Assembly (NCBI GenBank): GCA_048772705.1
Contig: JBLWGC010000194.1
Coordinates: 124,001 to 188,000 of the forward strand
Length of the DNA: 64,000 nucleotides
Direction: 5' to 3'
From: Leidyana gryllorum EB-2025a
Lineage: Eukaryota > Protista > Apicomplexa
In this document: piece by piece, positions 35,506 through 46,804 of the stretch
Layout of the letters: the number at the start of each line of letters is the position of its first letter
Numbering within the stretch: position 1 is the stretch's first letter
Notes under the pieces: generated by a model
What the model was told of the DNA's origin: nothing
Databases searched by the model: none
What the model saw: the letters and a program-made list of their open reading frames with translations, nothing else
Position numbers and translations under genes: made by a program

Positions 35506-38500
35506 ATGGATTTACCTCCACCAACTGGAGAGGATACACCAGCGTACTTCAACAAACCATATTACCTGAACCTCTTCGAAGCGCCTCTGCGTGCAGTGGC
35601 CGAACGATATGCAATTCTTTGGACATCTCAAGAAGTTGAATGGCTGAAATCCTATTTCACACTTTTGAGCCAACCCTCTCAACAATTGTTCGCCCGCCTA
35701 TGTGGCCGAAAATCGGGTCCTATATTCAATGTCAATAAGCTCATCGACAATTATGCTAAAGATCAAAAAGGTCTTGAACCCGATGAGGCCCGCCACGCTG
35801 TCATGGCAGCTGTCAATGAGCTCGTCTTCACCGGCTTCGGAAGAGATATCGTCTCTCAAGCCGATATTGGCGATCAACACCTCGGTGGGCATCCCGCAAC
35901 CTCACTCATCCCCAAATCCCTTCCCCCACTCGTGTGCAGAATTCCTCAAGAAGCTATCGGCTCCACAGATCAAGAAGGTTATGTCATCAAGCCGTATCCC
36001 CGACGCGAAAGACAGAGTCAAAAAATACAAGACGAGAGCTGAACAACTCCGTTGGCTGTCCGAGGTGACTAATCCGAGTATGTCTATGGGGACGAAATGT
36101 AGACCACTTCCCCTTGTCCGCTGCAGAATCGAAGATTGGCGATCAGAAATCCATTTTCAGCAAATATAGCCTTCGGGATCTGGTCTGGCAGGCTATATTC
36201 GCCGAACTCTTAAATTCTGACGCCGACTCCTCCTCCTCCTCGCCAGCCACCGTCCACTACGTCTGCATCGACGAACGGGCCAGACACTTTTTCCGTCGGC
36301 TCCACTTACTGCATAACCTCACCAGCGGGCCAGGCCTTGAGAGTGGTACGCACGTTCTCTGCCCCCCTTCATTTTGACCCTCTGATGATCAACAGATAAA
36401 GCCACCGAGGATGAGTGTACCAACTCTATCATGGCTAAGGTCTTCGTGCCGAGCGTACTCACCTTTTTAGGAAGTCACGAGCACTTCTCGGCGTCGAAGG
36501 CGGGCTTGTTGGCTGTTGAACCTTTGTTCGCAGGTGAGCTCCGCAAGCATTTCTCAACTGAGCAACGCAGCCAGATAGAGAGGAGTTGGAGGCGTATGAG
36601 ACAGCACTCGGAGCTGCAGCTCGCGTCCAGGCTCTCGCGATGAACCGGGTGAGTCTGCAACCGGTGTCTCACGTCTGCAGAGGTGGTATTTCAGATCAAA
36701 GCGAGTCCAAATGCGACATCGAGTATAGCTGGCTCGCTGGTTTCGCGGCTACTCACTCATATCGAGCGCTTAAAAGAGCCGTTGTGGGGAGAGTCGTGGG
36801 TCCTCAAACCTTCAGACCTCAGAGAAAAGTACAACATGGCTTGGAATGTGGTCGTCCAGTCCGACGTCGCCACGTCGAACATGTCGTCATACTGCATCAA
36901 CTTGGGATCGGATGATGAGGAAGGCGCAACGATCCCAACTCCGGATGTGATGCCAACCGGCGACGACGGGTCGAGCTACGCTTCTCTTCTATTCGCGTCA
37001 GGACGTAGCGTTACGTCGTCTGCTAAATGGATCTCTCCGCTCAGCAAATTGTGTCACGCTACTCAACGTCGGTTCAGTGCGGTATGAGCAGTCTCCATAA
37101 CTCAGTGTCGACTCAGCCCTTCCGCTTTCATAGGAATATCTCTACTCTTTGGCCTTATACGACTTGGCGCAATTGCTGGAGTATCAGAAAGCCCATCAGA
37201 AGGCGGTGGTGTGTCTGGAAGCTTTGATCGTCGCGGGTGTCTCCCGCGCGAACCGAGGGAAAGCCTTTTGTAGATTGCTGGTGGACTACCGGAGACATTT
37301 GAACAATCCTTCGAAAGCACTCGAATGGGGGCGAGCGGGCCTCGATGAAAGTACGTGCAGCAGCACCGCCAGCAACGGGAAGAGTTAATCGATTTTCCCA
37401 CCTCAGTTGCCTTCTTCGGTCCCGGTACGGCTATTGAGCTGGCGAAGAAGGTATGGGATTTGGTCAGTTTTTTAGCTCGCCAAGCCGCTCCCAAGTCTCG
37501 CACACGAGGGATGAAACATAGAATCTCGCTCACTGAAGTGGTCGACCTCGACACTCCTCCCAACAAGTCAGCGTCTGTTAGCGAGGAAGTCGAGTTCCGA
37601 CCCACGGGATTCTATCGCATATTCATTCCGGGTGACGACATGAGTGTGGATCATCTCTGTCGGATGAGCGGCAACGAGAAACTCACCCGTCTTATCATTG
37701 AGGGGTCTTTCCTGACCCCCAGAGAAGCTCGTCGAGTGCTCGAGCTGCTGGTGGTTGGTGACAAGGCGGAAGAGAGTGTGCCCCGACGAGTCTTTACAGC
37801 CCTCAGAGGTCAACGCGATCTGGAGATGCCCAAAGACGAAGCTGACGGAACTCTATTGTCACATGGTTTCCGTCCAGCTAGCAGCTCTAAGCCTTCCACA
37901 AAACCGTTTTCACGCCCGACATTCGCTTACGAGGGCCAAGAGCTCTCCGTCGAGCAGTATGCCCTCATTCGATACATCCGAGGAGACGCTGCGGAGGTGT
38001 TTACGGGTGGCAGTGCAGCCAAGAAACGGTCGTCAAGGATCACGACTCCACGCAGTCAAGTCGCGAGCCAAAGTGCTGAGATCGATGCGACAGGCGGACC
38101 GGCAACGAAAAGACGGAAGGTTTCGGCCAAGAAAATGAAGGAAGAGCTCTCAATGGCTCCCGTCAAAGAGGAGAAAGTCGAGCTGTCGAGTCGAAGCTCA
38201 GTTGGTGCTCTGAACAATAGGCCGGCGGTGTCCACCGATGTGAAAGCCGAGACCAACTTGCACCCCTCAACACCCACTCGGCGTCCTCGGAGTGGAAGCC
38301 AAGAGGTCGTTGAGATGCACACTCCGTCCCGTCATGCGTCACCGGCTGCTTTAACCCCGATCTACCACACGCCTACTCCAGGTTCCAATCGGAGACACCG
38401 GCGGTACGTTGACGAGAGTGATGAATGGGTTGGGAGTCACTGCGAAGGCTCTCTGCTTCGGGAGATCTTCTCGGTACTCTGTTTCCCTATAATGTTCCAC

Positions 38501-39690
38501 CCAAGTTGCGCCGAGGCCAACCACAAGGCTTTCTTTTCTGACAATCAAACTGGTCCCAGTGACTTCTTCACGGGTGACTCATTCTTTGAAATGCGACAAC
38601 GCCCTATTGAGGCATATATAACGTCGCTCAGCGAGCTCTCCGCCACTGAGCTGACAGCATTGACCGCTTGGGCCTCTTCTCATCTGTACGAGATCCGTCT
38701 GTGTGGCAGTCGATGGCGCGCTGAGGACTCGGTAGATGCAGCCTTCCAGCCGTTTGCCCACTTCAATCCGCTGCTGACAGCGATCAATCTGATGGGAGAC
38801 GGCGTGCAGGAAGTGATTATTTCGAGTCCGCCTGGATCGGTCAGAAAAACGCCTCAATCTAAATGGGACTCCGGGAGTGGCAAGAGGGCTTATTCTCACT
38901 ACAACCGGTGGAAACCGCCTCCGAAAGACATCGAGACGCCATTGGACTGCGTTCTCGGCTACCGTCGGGCAATCCGTCTGAGCCCAGAAGAGTTTCGAAT
39001 GGGACGGAAGATGAACAACCTGCAGGCGGCCACCACTCTCGCTGCTAAACAGCGCACCCGATCAGGACTAATGTATGGGCTGGAACTGGGATGGCTGGCG
39101 AGTTGTTTGAAGGCAGCTAAACTCGCTCAGATATTCTACACCTTCCTGAGACATTGGTGTCACTGGTGCTCGGGGCTTCCGGACTTGTTTATTTGGACTA
39201 ATCTACGGATGAGCAGTGTGATGGCCAAAGCGTTGACATTGGAGAGAAAGGGTATCGATTGCGATGTGTCTTTCGAGTTTCTCGCCCTCGTCTTCGCTTT
39301 CATTCGAAACGACCCATCATACCTCTCAGAGCGGGTCCGACAGCATTTCGAGGCAGGGGTGATCCCAGAATACGATGGATACAGAGCTCGGCTGCAAAAA
39401 GCGTTGGCGGCAGCACGTGTTCGACCACGAGTAGACGAGGTATTCATTCGTGACATTGCTGAAGAAGTTGGGGTTGCACTCGATCTGGCCTCCTGCCTCC
39501 CCCATGAAACTGCCCACTGCAAGTTGATCGAGGTCAAGGGCCCCGGTGATACTCTGTCCGAAAAGCAACGGTAAGTGGACTTCTTTTGCCTCACACATTT
39601 CCTGCTTTTAACAACAGCTTATGGTTGTTCTCTATGGTCCAGGCTCAAATGGAAGCCGAAGTGGGTGTGGTGGACCTCGTCAGTGGGTGA
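35506..39690 (+). CDS. FAN1: Fanconi-associated nuclease 1 (VRR-NUC); multi-exon
   Basis: N-terminal YYLNLF...QQLFARLCGRK; SVEQYAL; HCEGSLLREIFSVL; GLPDL; IEVKGPGDTLSEKQR|LWL after a final intron starting at 39571. Confidence 0.85.
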
Positions 39691-40793
39691 TCGTCAAGAG
39701 TAGTGAGAAGAATAGTGACAGCGAGAAGATAGATAGTGTCAAGGGATGAGACGCGCCACAATAGTCGAGTGGCCGCGCCAACTGATCAAACTTCCCGCAA
39801 CTCGAGGCGCACGTCCGTCCAGCTGCTGTCATACACCACTCGCACTGATCATCGTTCCGACAGGCTTTGCACTGAGAATGTTTGGTGCATTCATCATCCT
39901 CGAGATATCGATAGTCATATCCGTCGGTGGGAGTTGACGCGAAAACTTGTTTGCTCCAGACAAATCTCGTACCAAAGAAACGAGACAGATCTGGGATGAA
40001 TGTCTCGGTTCTTCGGTCGTAGAGACACGCGTTGGGTCCCACGGACCACGCCTCTATGTCTTCGCCGATGGTTATATACCGCATGTTGGTTAGCCGATCG
40101 CTGCTTCGGATCATCTCTCCTCGATACCCGGCGGTGATATTGATACTGAAGAATACATCGTCTTCGACCAACGCGTTCTTTCCGCTGGTGGCCGGGGTTC
40201 CGCGGTTGTATGACCAGTCCTTCTTGTGGGCACACTGGTTGGTGACTTGCACCAGCAGTGTTTGAGGGTTGCACACGTCTGGGAAACGGGTTGGATCATG
40301 CATCCGATAAAGGACGTGGACCTCGTCGAGCTGTATCTGCGTATCTGTGAATCCATCCCATTGGACCGGAATAGTGAGCGCGAAGATGTATAAGCCCTCC
40401 CATCCCTGTCTATGATAGTGGAAAGCCACCTTGTTGCACGCCGTCGAACCCTATCTGATGAGAGAGGCGCTGGCAGAGAAGAGTCAGTCGCCGCCTGGGA
40501 GTTACCTGGTCAGTTTGACCTCGCAGCCGCGCCGTGCAGCCCGGGGGAAGTTGCGCAAGACAAGGGACGCTCGGATTTTGGTAGGGATCGTAGGGGCGAG
40601 GGTACAAACCCACCCCCTGGCAGTGTTCAACACATGCGGTTTGACAGGACGTCCTTGCGTCAAGAGAGCAGTCGATATCGGTGACAGAGGAGTTTGTGAA
40701 GAGAATCTGGTTCGAGTAGAGGGGTAGAAAGCGCTGGGAGGAGGAGGAATGTACTGCGAATGGGAAGGTGCAGAATAACGATTTCCACTTCAT
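39680..40793 (-). CDS. Secreted, probably GPI-anchored, Cys-rich surface protein with a C-terminal PSI-like module; one intron
   Basis: MKWKSLFCTFPFAVHS signal-like start; CAG|gtaact...gatag|GGT phase-0 intron; CTKHSQCKACRNDDQCEWC...CASSC; ends in a hydrophobic tail (GASHPLTLSIFSLSLFFSLLLTITH). Confidence 0.72.
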
Positions 40794-42331
40794 CCTCCGA
40801 TGTGGTCGATTAAAACAGTAGCACGGGTTTCGTGCCTCAGGAAACAAGAAACAAAAAAGGCGGCTAGGTATACGGACCCCCAGATCAGCGGGTAGTGGCC
40901 TAAATTAGTGTCATCGATCGCAATGCTACCGACAAATGTAGTTATCAATGTTGCGATGGCGTTGATTGTGCTGAACAGGGCCAAAGCCGATCCGCGATGA
41001 CTGGTGGGGTAGATTTCCGAAGAGTAAAGATAGACACAGTTCCATGTGGGCCCTGCGAGGAAATAAGTTACTATGGCGAAGGCGAAAACCAAGCCAGTTC
41101 GCTCAGGATCGACCAGAAGGGTGATCGCCATGCTAAAGAGACCGATGGCGCAAACCAAGAGGCATAAGCGAAGAGAATTAATACGGCCTCCGAGCCACTT
41201 GTTGTCCCATTGCATCTGTAGATACGTGATGACCATGCCCGGCAATTGAACCGCAAACACGGTGAGAGTGGTGGTGTTGCTGGCCAGGCCAGCATATTTG
41301 AAGAAAGTGGTCATGTAGGTGGTGGCACCATAGTAGCAGAAAGCTAAAAGGCCCCAAACCAGCATCAACATGACCGTATTGTATCTGTACCCTGGTGTTT
41401 TAGCGACTTTGATCATTCTGACAAAGTTGGTGAAAACCTCTTGGTTCCATTGTTTGCTGGGCACGTCATTCGATGGCATCCCCTCGAGTCGATGCACCCT
41501 CCCTTCCTCTTTCCCTCCTAATTGCTGTTCGAGACCCACGGAACCTCCGCTGGTCAGCTTGCCCAAGCTTGACCAAGCTTTCGCCTCATCGCCTCTTCCA
41601 ATGTAGAAGCGGGGAGTCTCCACCCAAGTGCAAGCCAGGATGATCAGAGGCACTATGCAGGGCATGAGACCACAAAGGTAGAGATACCGCCAAGAACGTG
41701 CGAACTTGACCGTGCTCGATTCAGTCAATCCTATGTTGACAGCCGTCACGTACATTATTGCCAATACGTGAAAGATCTGAAGGATGGTGGACGGGAGCGC
41801 TCGTCGCTTAGTCGTCGAAACTTCTAAAACGTAGATGGTAATCGCTGACGGCAGCGCCGAAACACTGAAAGCGGTCAGAGCTCTCGAGAAAACATATACT
41901 CCAAAGTTCCAGCTCAACGCAGACAGCAACGTGCCCATCGTCTCAAGAATCAAACATCCGAAAATCAGAGTCCGCCGTCCGTAAATGTCGAGACTTGGTA
42001 TTAGGGTCAATGAGCCCAGCAGTCGGGCGATCGCACTCGATGCAAATACCCAATTATATACGGTTTTACGGGTCTCAAGTTGTGGCCAGAGCTCCCATAC
42101 GGCAGCTGTGCTCAGGGTCGGCATAAAGTTCTGCTGCATGAAAGAGCCGTACGCGAACGCGCCCATCATAAACAGTGCCACCTGCTTTCGGTGCGTCCCA
42201 ATCAGCTTGAGCAGCTCTTCTATGTTCCAATACTTGACATCAACGGGCGAGTTGTTCTCCAAATCTACCGAAGCGCCATCGCTATATCGCCGTGTAACCG
42301 GCAGCTCTTCTACTCGTGCGTCGACGGTCAT
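40790..42331 (-). CDS. MFS transporter (SV2/SVOP/organic cation-like), tandem paralog 3
   Basis: ~12 TM helices, DIYGRR motif A, WVETPRF, SEIYPTSHRGSA, HETR. Confidence 0.92.
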   Translation of the reverse strand: MTVDARVEELPVTRRYSDGASVDLENNSPVDVKYWNIEELLKLIGTHRKQVALFMMGAFAYGSFMQQNFMPTLSTAAVWELWPQLETRKTVYNWVFASSAIARLLGSLTLIPSLDIYGRRTLIFGCLILETMGTLLSALSWNFGVYVFSRALTAFSVSALPSAITIYVLEVSTTKRRALPSTILQIFHVLAIMYVTAVNIGLTESSTVKFARSWRYLYLCGLMPCIVPLIILACTWVETPRFYIGRGDEAKAWSSLGKLTSGGSVGLEQQLGGKEEGRVHRLEGMPSNDVPSKQWNQEVFTNFVRMIKVAKTPGYRYNTVMLMLVWGLLAFCYYGATTYMTTFFKYAGLASNTTTLTVFAVQLPGMVITYLQMQWDNKWLGGRINSLRLCLLVCAIGLFSMAITLLVDPERTGLVFAFAIVTYFLAGPTWNCVYLYSSEIYPTSHRGSALALFSTINAIATLITTFVGSIAIDDTNLGHYPLIWGSVYLAAFFVSCFLRHETRATVLIDHIGG

Positions 42332-42361
42332 TTTTTTGTACAGCTTGGTTAAAATAATGCA

Positions 42362-43870
42362 TTAAAGCGTATCCACAAGCGGCCGACCTCGGGTTTCGTG
42401 CTTAAGGGTCAGGCAAACGCCCAGTGACAGACCGTAGAAAAGGGACCAGCTCAAAGGATAGAGCCAAATGTTGGGGAGTGCCACCAAATAAGATCCCAGG
42501 AAACTAGTGATGAAAGCGCAGCAAGCTGTGATGGTACTCAGTATTGCCAAAGCTGCGCCCCGGTGGCTTGTTGGGAAGATCTCAGTGCTATAGATGTATA
42601 GTGTATTCCACATTCCCCCTGCGAAAAAGAAGGTAGTCAGCACTATACTCCATATTTCCACGGTATTCCGGCCTCCCACCCATAGCAGCCCGCCAAGTGA
42701 CAGCTGACCAACACAACAGAACGCAGATGTGGTGCGCAGCGTTATGATGCGGCCTGCATAGGCCCACTCCATTAGACGGTACGAGACCAGTAATCCAGGA
42801 ATTTGGACGGCGAATACGGCAAGTGTAGCCCAGTTTCCGAGGAGATCGAGTCGTGCGAAGAATGCAGTGATGTATGTGACTGATCCCCAGTATCCGATCG
42901 CTGTCAGTGCCCACAAAGTTCCCAGCTTGATTATGTGCATCCGGTATTGTTCATGGCCAACTACTTCGCGAACCGCAACTCCAGTATGTCGGAGATGATC
43001 CAACATCTTTCCGAGTATGCTGGGAGGTGACAAGTCCGGCTGGCCACCACAAGGGGAGATCTCGCCGGAAACTTGAGAGGATGACGAGCTGCAAAGCTCA
43101 ACGTCGTGCGGCGAGGACCCCCCTAACCAATGGAACAATCCTTTTTCCCCGCCTGGGCACAACCGTATCAGACTGTTCCAGGCGGCTTTGGTGTTTCCCT
43201 GACTCAAGTGAAAACGAGGAGTCTCGATCCACGTCATTAGAAGAAATATGATAGCAAGTGTAGCTGGCAGCAGCCCGCAGAGCTGGAGTATGCGCCAAGA
43301 CGGTATGTCAAAGGGTAAAGACACAGAGGTGAGGATCTGGTTGGCGCCAGACAGATACATTATGGCCAATAATTGAGCTATTTGAAGCAGTGTTGGGGGC
43401 AAGGCACGCTTTGAGGCTGCCACCACCTCCAGAACGAAGATGGTGGACGTGGAGGGCAGAGCTGCAACTATCAGCACTGACAGAGCGCGAGCCGCCACAT
43501 AGAATTCAAATGTTGGCGCCAGAACACTCAGAGCGGTGGTGAAGAATTGAGCCATTAGGCAGAAGGCGATCAGGGGACGTCGTCCTATCACGTCCTGAGC
43601 TGGAATAATGAGTAGAGACCCTAACAAACGAGCTACGTAACCCGACGCGAAAACGATGTTATAGTACGTTCTCCTCCCTTCCAACTCCGGCCAAGCAGCC
43701 CACATGGACGCCGTACTCATCGTGGGTAAGAAGACTTGTTCCATGAAAGATGCGGCGGCACAGGCTGCCATCAGAACCAGGTAGACCTGCTGTCGGTGAG
43801 TGCCGATAGCTCGCAGTACATCCTCGATGGAAACAGGGGCACGGCGTACCTCAACAACAACGGTCTCCAT
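42362..43870 (-). CDS. MFS transporter (SV2/SVOP-like), tandem paralog 2
   Basis: DVIGRR, WIETPRF, TEIFPTSHRGAA, HETRGRPL. Confidence 0.92.
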   Translation of the reverse strand: METVVVEVRRAPVSIEDVLRAIGTHRQQVYLVLMAACAAASFMEQVFLPTMSTASMWAAWPELEGRRTYYNIVFASGYVARLLGSLLIIPAQDVIGRRPLIAFCLMAQFFTTALSVLAPTFEFYVAARALSVLIVAALPSTSTIFVLEVVAASKRALPPTLLQIAQLLAIMYLSGANQILTSVSLPFDIPSWRILQLCGLLPATLAIIFLLMTWIETPRFHLSQGNTKAAWNSLIRLCPGGEKGLFHWLGGSSPHDVELCSSSSSQVSGEISPCGGQPDLSPPSILGKMLDHLRHTGVAVREVVGHEQYRMHIIKLGTLWALTAIGYWGSVTYITAFFARLDLLGNWATLAVFAVQIPGLLVSYRLMEWAYAGRIITLRTTSAFCCVGQLSLGGLLWVGGRNTVEIWSIVLTTFFFAGGMWNTLYIYSTEIFPTSHRGAALAILSTITACCAFITSFLGSYLVALPNIWLYPLSWSLFYGLSLGVCLTLKHETRGRPLVDTL

Positions 43871-43887
43871 TTTGAGACCTGACGTCC

Positions 43888-45421
43888 CTATTTTTCCGGC
43901 ACTTCCCCATTGAGCTGATGGTCATCCAAACCCTTCTTGGACGTGTCTTCAGGAGGGATCCAGGAGCAGAGTGCTGTTATGAACCTCAGCCCCCCCCAAA
44001 TCAGCGGAAAGATCCAGGGCTTGTCCTCGTTCAGTGAGGCCGAACCAACATATGTCGTCACAACAACCGAAAGTGATGTAACTGCACCAAAAACGCTCAT
44101 AGCGCTTCCGCGGTGCATTGTCGGATAGGACTCGGCGCTGAACGCGTAGATCGCGCCCCAAATAGGCCCTCCGAAGAAGTAGCCCAACAGACTGATCGCG
44201 GTCAACCATCCTGGAGATCGCAACCAGCTATCCTCTGACGCCATTAAACTGAATGCCAATGTCAGTAGCGCTACGCCAGCACCAACTGCTGCATATCGAA
44301 TGGCCGGGAGTCGGCCGTGACGTTGCATGAACCAGTAGATCAAAACTTGTCCTGCGGGCACAGAGAAGAGTAGTCAAAGTGTTCGATGCAACGAGACACG
44401 CACGCAGCATATGCGTTACAGCAAACTCACCTGGCAGTTGAATGGCAAAACTTCCCGCAGTGGTCCAAGCGCGGTGGACCCCAATATAAGTGTAAAACAG
44501 AGTTAGATATGAAGACATTCCCCAGTGCGCAAAAGATTGAAGCGCTGTCAGAAGAATGACGCCAAGTGTGTTACGCCTATACGACTTGGAGATAACAAAT
44601 TTGCCCATATGGATAAAGTTATCCAACACCAAAGTGCACCAGCTTTTGTGTTTGCGATCACTAGGCACAAATCCTTCAAAAGTGTCGGGTATGGAGGAGA
44701 TGTCAAGCCTCTCCAGCAGCCCTTGTTCTCCTTTCGGACAGAGCTTGCACAGAATGCGCCAGGCTCCAGTAGGGTTTCCTTGGTTTGTCGCAACGAAGCG
44801 TGGGGTCTCGAGCCAGAGCCAGAGCATTCCCGCAATGGCAAAGAGGGTCGGGACTTGGACAACGCCGGCTGCCCAGCGCCAAGCATTTTCCAAACCCTTG
44901 GAGGACTCTAAGCCTTCGATCAAGAAGGTGGCATAGATTATGTAGAGAACGGCCACTGTCTGACACAGCATCGCCGGTAGCGCGCGTCGTCGGGTGAAGA
45001 CCATCTCCAAGGAGTATATGGTGGCAGCCGATGGGAGGACCGAGGTGAGGCCGAGGACAGCGCAGCGGAGGACGACGTAGACCGGATAATTCGGCGCGAA
45101 GGCGGAAGCCACGCCCATGACAGTCGATAGACACAAGCAGGAGACAATGAAAGGCCTTCTGCCGATAATGTCGATCCACGGTAAGAGGAATAAAGATCCT
45201 GCCAGGCGTGCAAAGGCACCAAGGGCAAAGACCAAGTTGTAGGTATATCGATCATCTGCCAACCAGTCCCAGTCTTCCAGCATAGATGTGGTACTCAGAG
45301 TCGCTAGCATTGATTGCATGCTGAAATGGGCATAGGTCAGCGCGCTGACTATCATAATGACTGCTTGATACTTGTGGGTGCCTATCGCGGCCAAGACTCC
45401 CTCCATTGAGAAGCTTGTCAT
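43888..45421 (-). CDS. MFS transporter (SV2/SVOP-like), tandem paralog 1; intron 44352-44430
   Basis: DIIGRR, WLETPRF, QLPG|Q splice junction, AESYPTMHRGSA. The ATG at 45421 (MTSFSMEG) aligns with the paralogs' N-termini. Confidence 0.9.
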
Positions 45422-45423
45422 GA

Positions 45424-46767
45424 CTAAAAATTGGTCCTCTTTTTGTGGCGGGGACGCCCGTATTCCCACCGAGTGCTCACTGTAGACCCCTCTGATGACG
45501 AATTATCCGATACGATTCCAGCCAGTAGAGATTTGCGTCGGTTCATATCTCTTCGCCGAGCCGTGCGGGCCGCCGCCATCTCGTGCTGAGGCTTTTGATC
45601 TGTCGGTGGTGGAAGAGGTGGTGGTCTACGGGCAGATTGGCGAGCTGTACGCCGCGCAGTTCTAAATCCTGTCTCTTGCTGTCGTTTGCTCCGTCTCCGA
45701 TGCAGCGACGGCGGCGGTGGCGGACAGGGTGTGAAGTGAGCTCCCTCCATCGGCAACCGTCGAACTCGGGAAGTTTTTGGTTGATACTGCATGTTGACAG
45801 ACGATTTCAGAATAGATCCACCGCCCATAGGACTTCCTGACTCAACGGGCTTTTGCGGCTTCTTCTTGGTGATTGGCGGTACCGGTCTGGCGTCCGGGAC
45901 GCCAGGCAGCGACGATCTCCTCTTCCGTATGACCGGCGACTCTTTTCCACCCGACGAGCCCGCCTCCGCTGGCATCTGGACAATGGAAAGACGACGCGCG
46001 AACGGTCCCGCCGAGGCTTTACTCGCCTCAGCTTGTCCCCCACTCTGTCTTTCACTCGGTGGTTCGGCGAAGCGTCCACGGGTCATCGCAGGGGTCATTG
46101 TAGTTGTTCGAGAGGGGACGGGGAGATCAAGCGGCTTTGCACCTCCGCCTTGCTGCCGCGTGCTGGGAGTCGCTGACCGCCGCAGGATCGCCGGCGGGGG
46201 AGTGGCATCACGAATTCTTCGAACGGGTGTTAGGGCTCGAGGCTTTGGTGGGAGTGCCGGTGGCGCTTTGTGAGCTTTGTGCATGATGAAAGTCGAATCG
46301 TCCACAAAACGAGGCGTCTGCTCATCTTCAAATAGCCGAAATGTGGGTGTGTACGCCGTTGTGTGACGGGTTGGTGTTGGTGAGAGTAGGGGGGTGGTGA
46401 GGAGCATTGCAGCTGCTGGTTGTGGCGTGAGATGGAATTTTGCGTCTTGCGAGAGCTGGTCGGGGTGGCTAAGGGCTGCTGTATCAGCGGACACAATGCT
46501 CGAGTTGTCCAGCGAACGCGAGATGACCTCAATCTCCCAGGGATCAATTAGGGCGCTTGGATGCGAGCAAATGTCTTTGCAGTCTTCGAACGCCTGTGTT
46601 GCCTTTGGGCAGTGTCGCCGACAACACGAGGGTGTGGCCTCCCATTCATGTTCGACCGCCAATCGGCGTAGCGGAATCCTCGGGGCTCCGTGGATGGCTT
46701 CCTGCCTGATGAGAGGCAGCAGATCACTGGAGAGCCGGAAGTCCTGGCGCCCACGGACCTTGAACAT
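45424..46767 (-). CDS. Hypothetical Arg/Pro/Ser-rich low-complexity protein (447 aa)
   Basis: Long ATG-initiated ORF filling the space between MFS paralog 1 and GPN2; no domain recognised. Confidence 0.6.
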   Translation of the reverse strand: MFKVRGRQDFRLSSDLLPLIRQEAIHGAPRIPLRRLAVEHEWEATPSCCRRHCPKATQAFEDCKDICSHPSALIDPWEIEVISRSLDNSSIVSADTAALSHPDQLSQDAKFHLTPQPAAAMLLTTPLLSPTPTRHTTAYTPTFRLFEDEQTPRFVDDSTFIMHKAHKAPPALPPKPRALTPVRRIRDATPPPAILRRSATPSTRQQGGGAKPLDLPVPSRTTTMTPAMTRGRFAEPPSERQSGGQAEASKASAGPFARRLSIVQMPAEAGSSGGKESPVIRKRRSSLPGVPDARPVPPITKKKPQKPVESGSPMGGGSILKSSVNMQYQPKTSRVRRLPMEGAHFTPCPPPPPSLHRRRSKRQQETGFRTARRTARQSARRPPPLPPPTDQKPQHEMAAARTARRRDMNRRKSLLAGIVSDNSSSEGSTVSTRWEYGRPRHKKRTNF

Positions 46768-46804
46768 ACCCGCACCATCTCAGTGAAAGGTGCAAAAATT
46801 TCTA

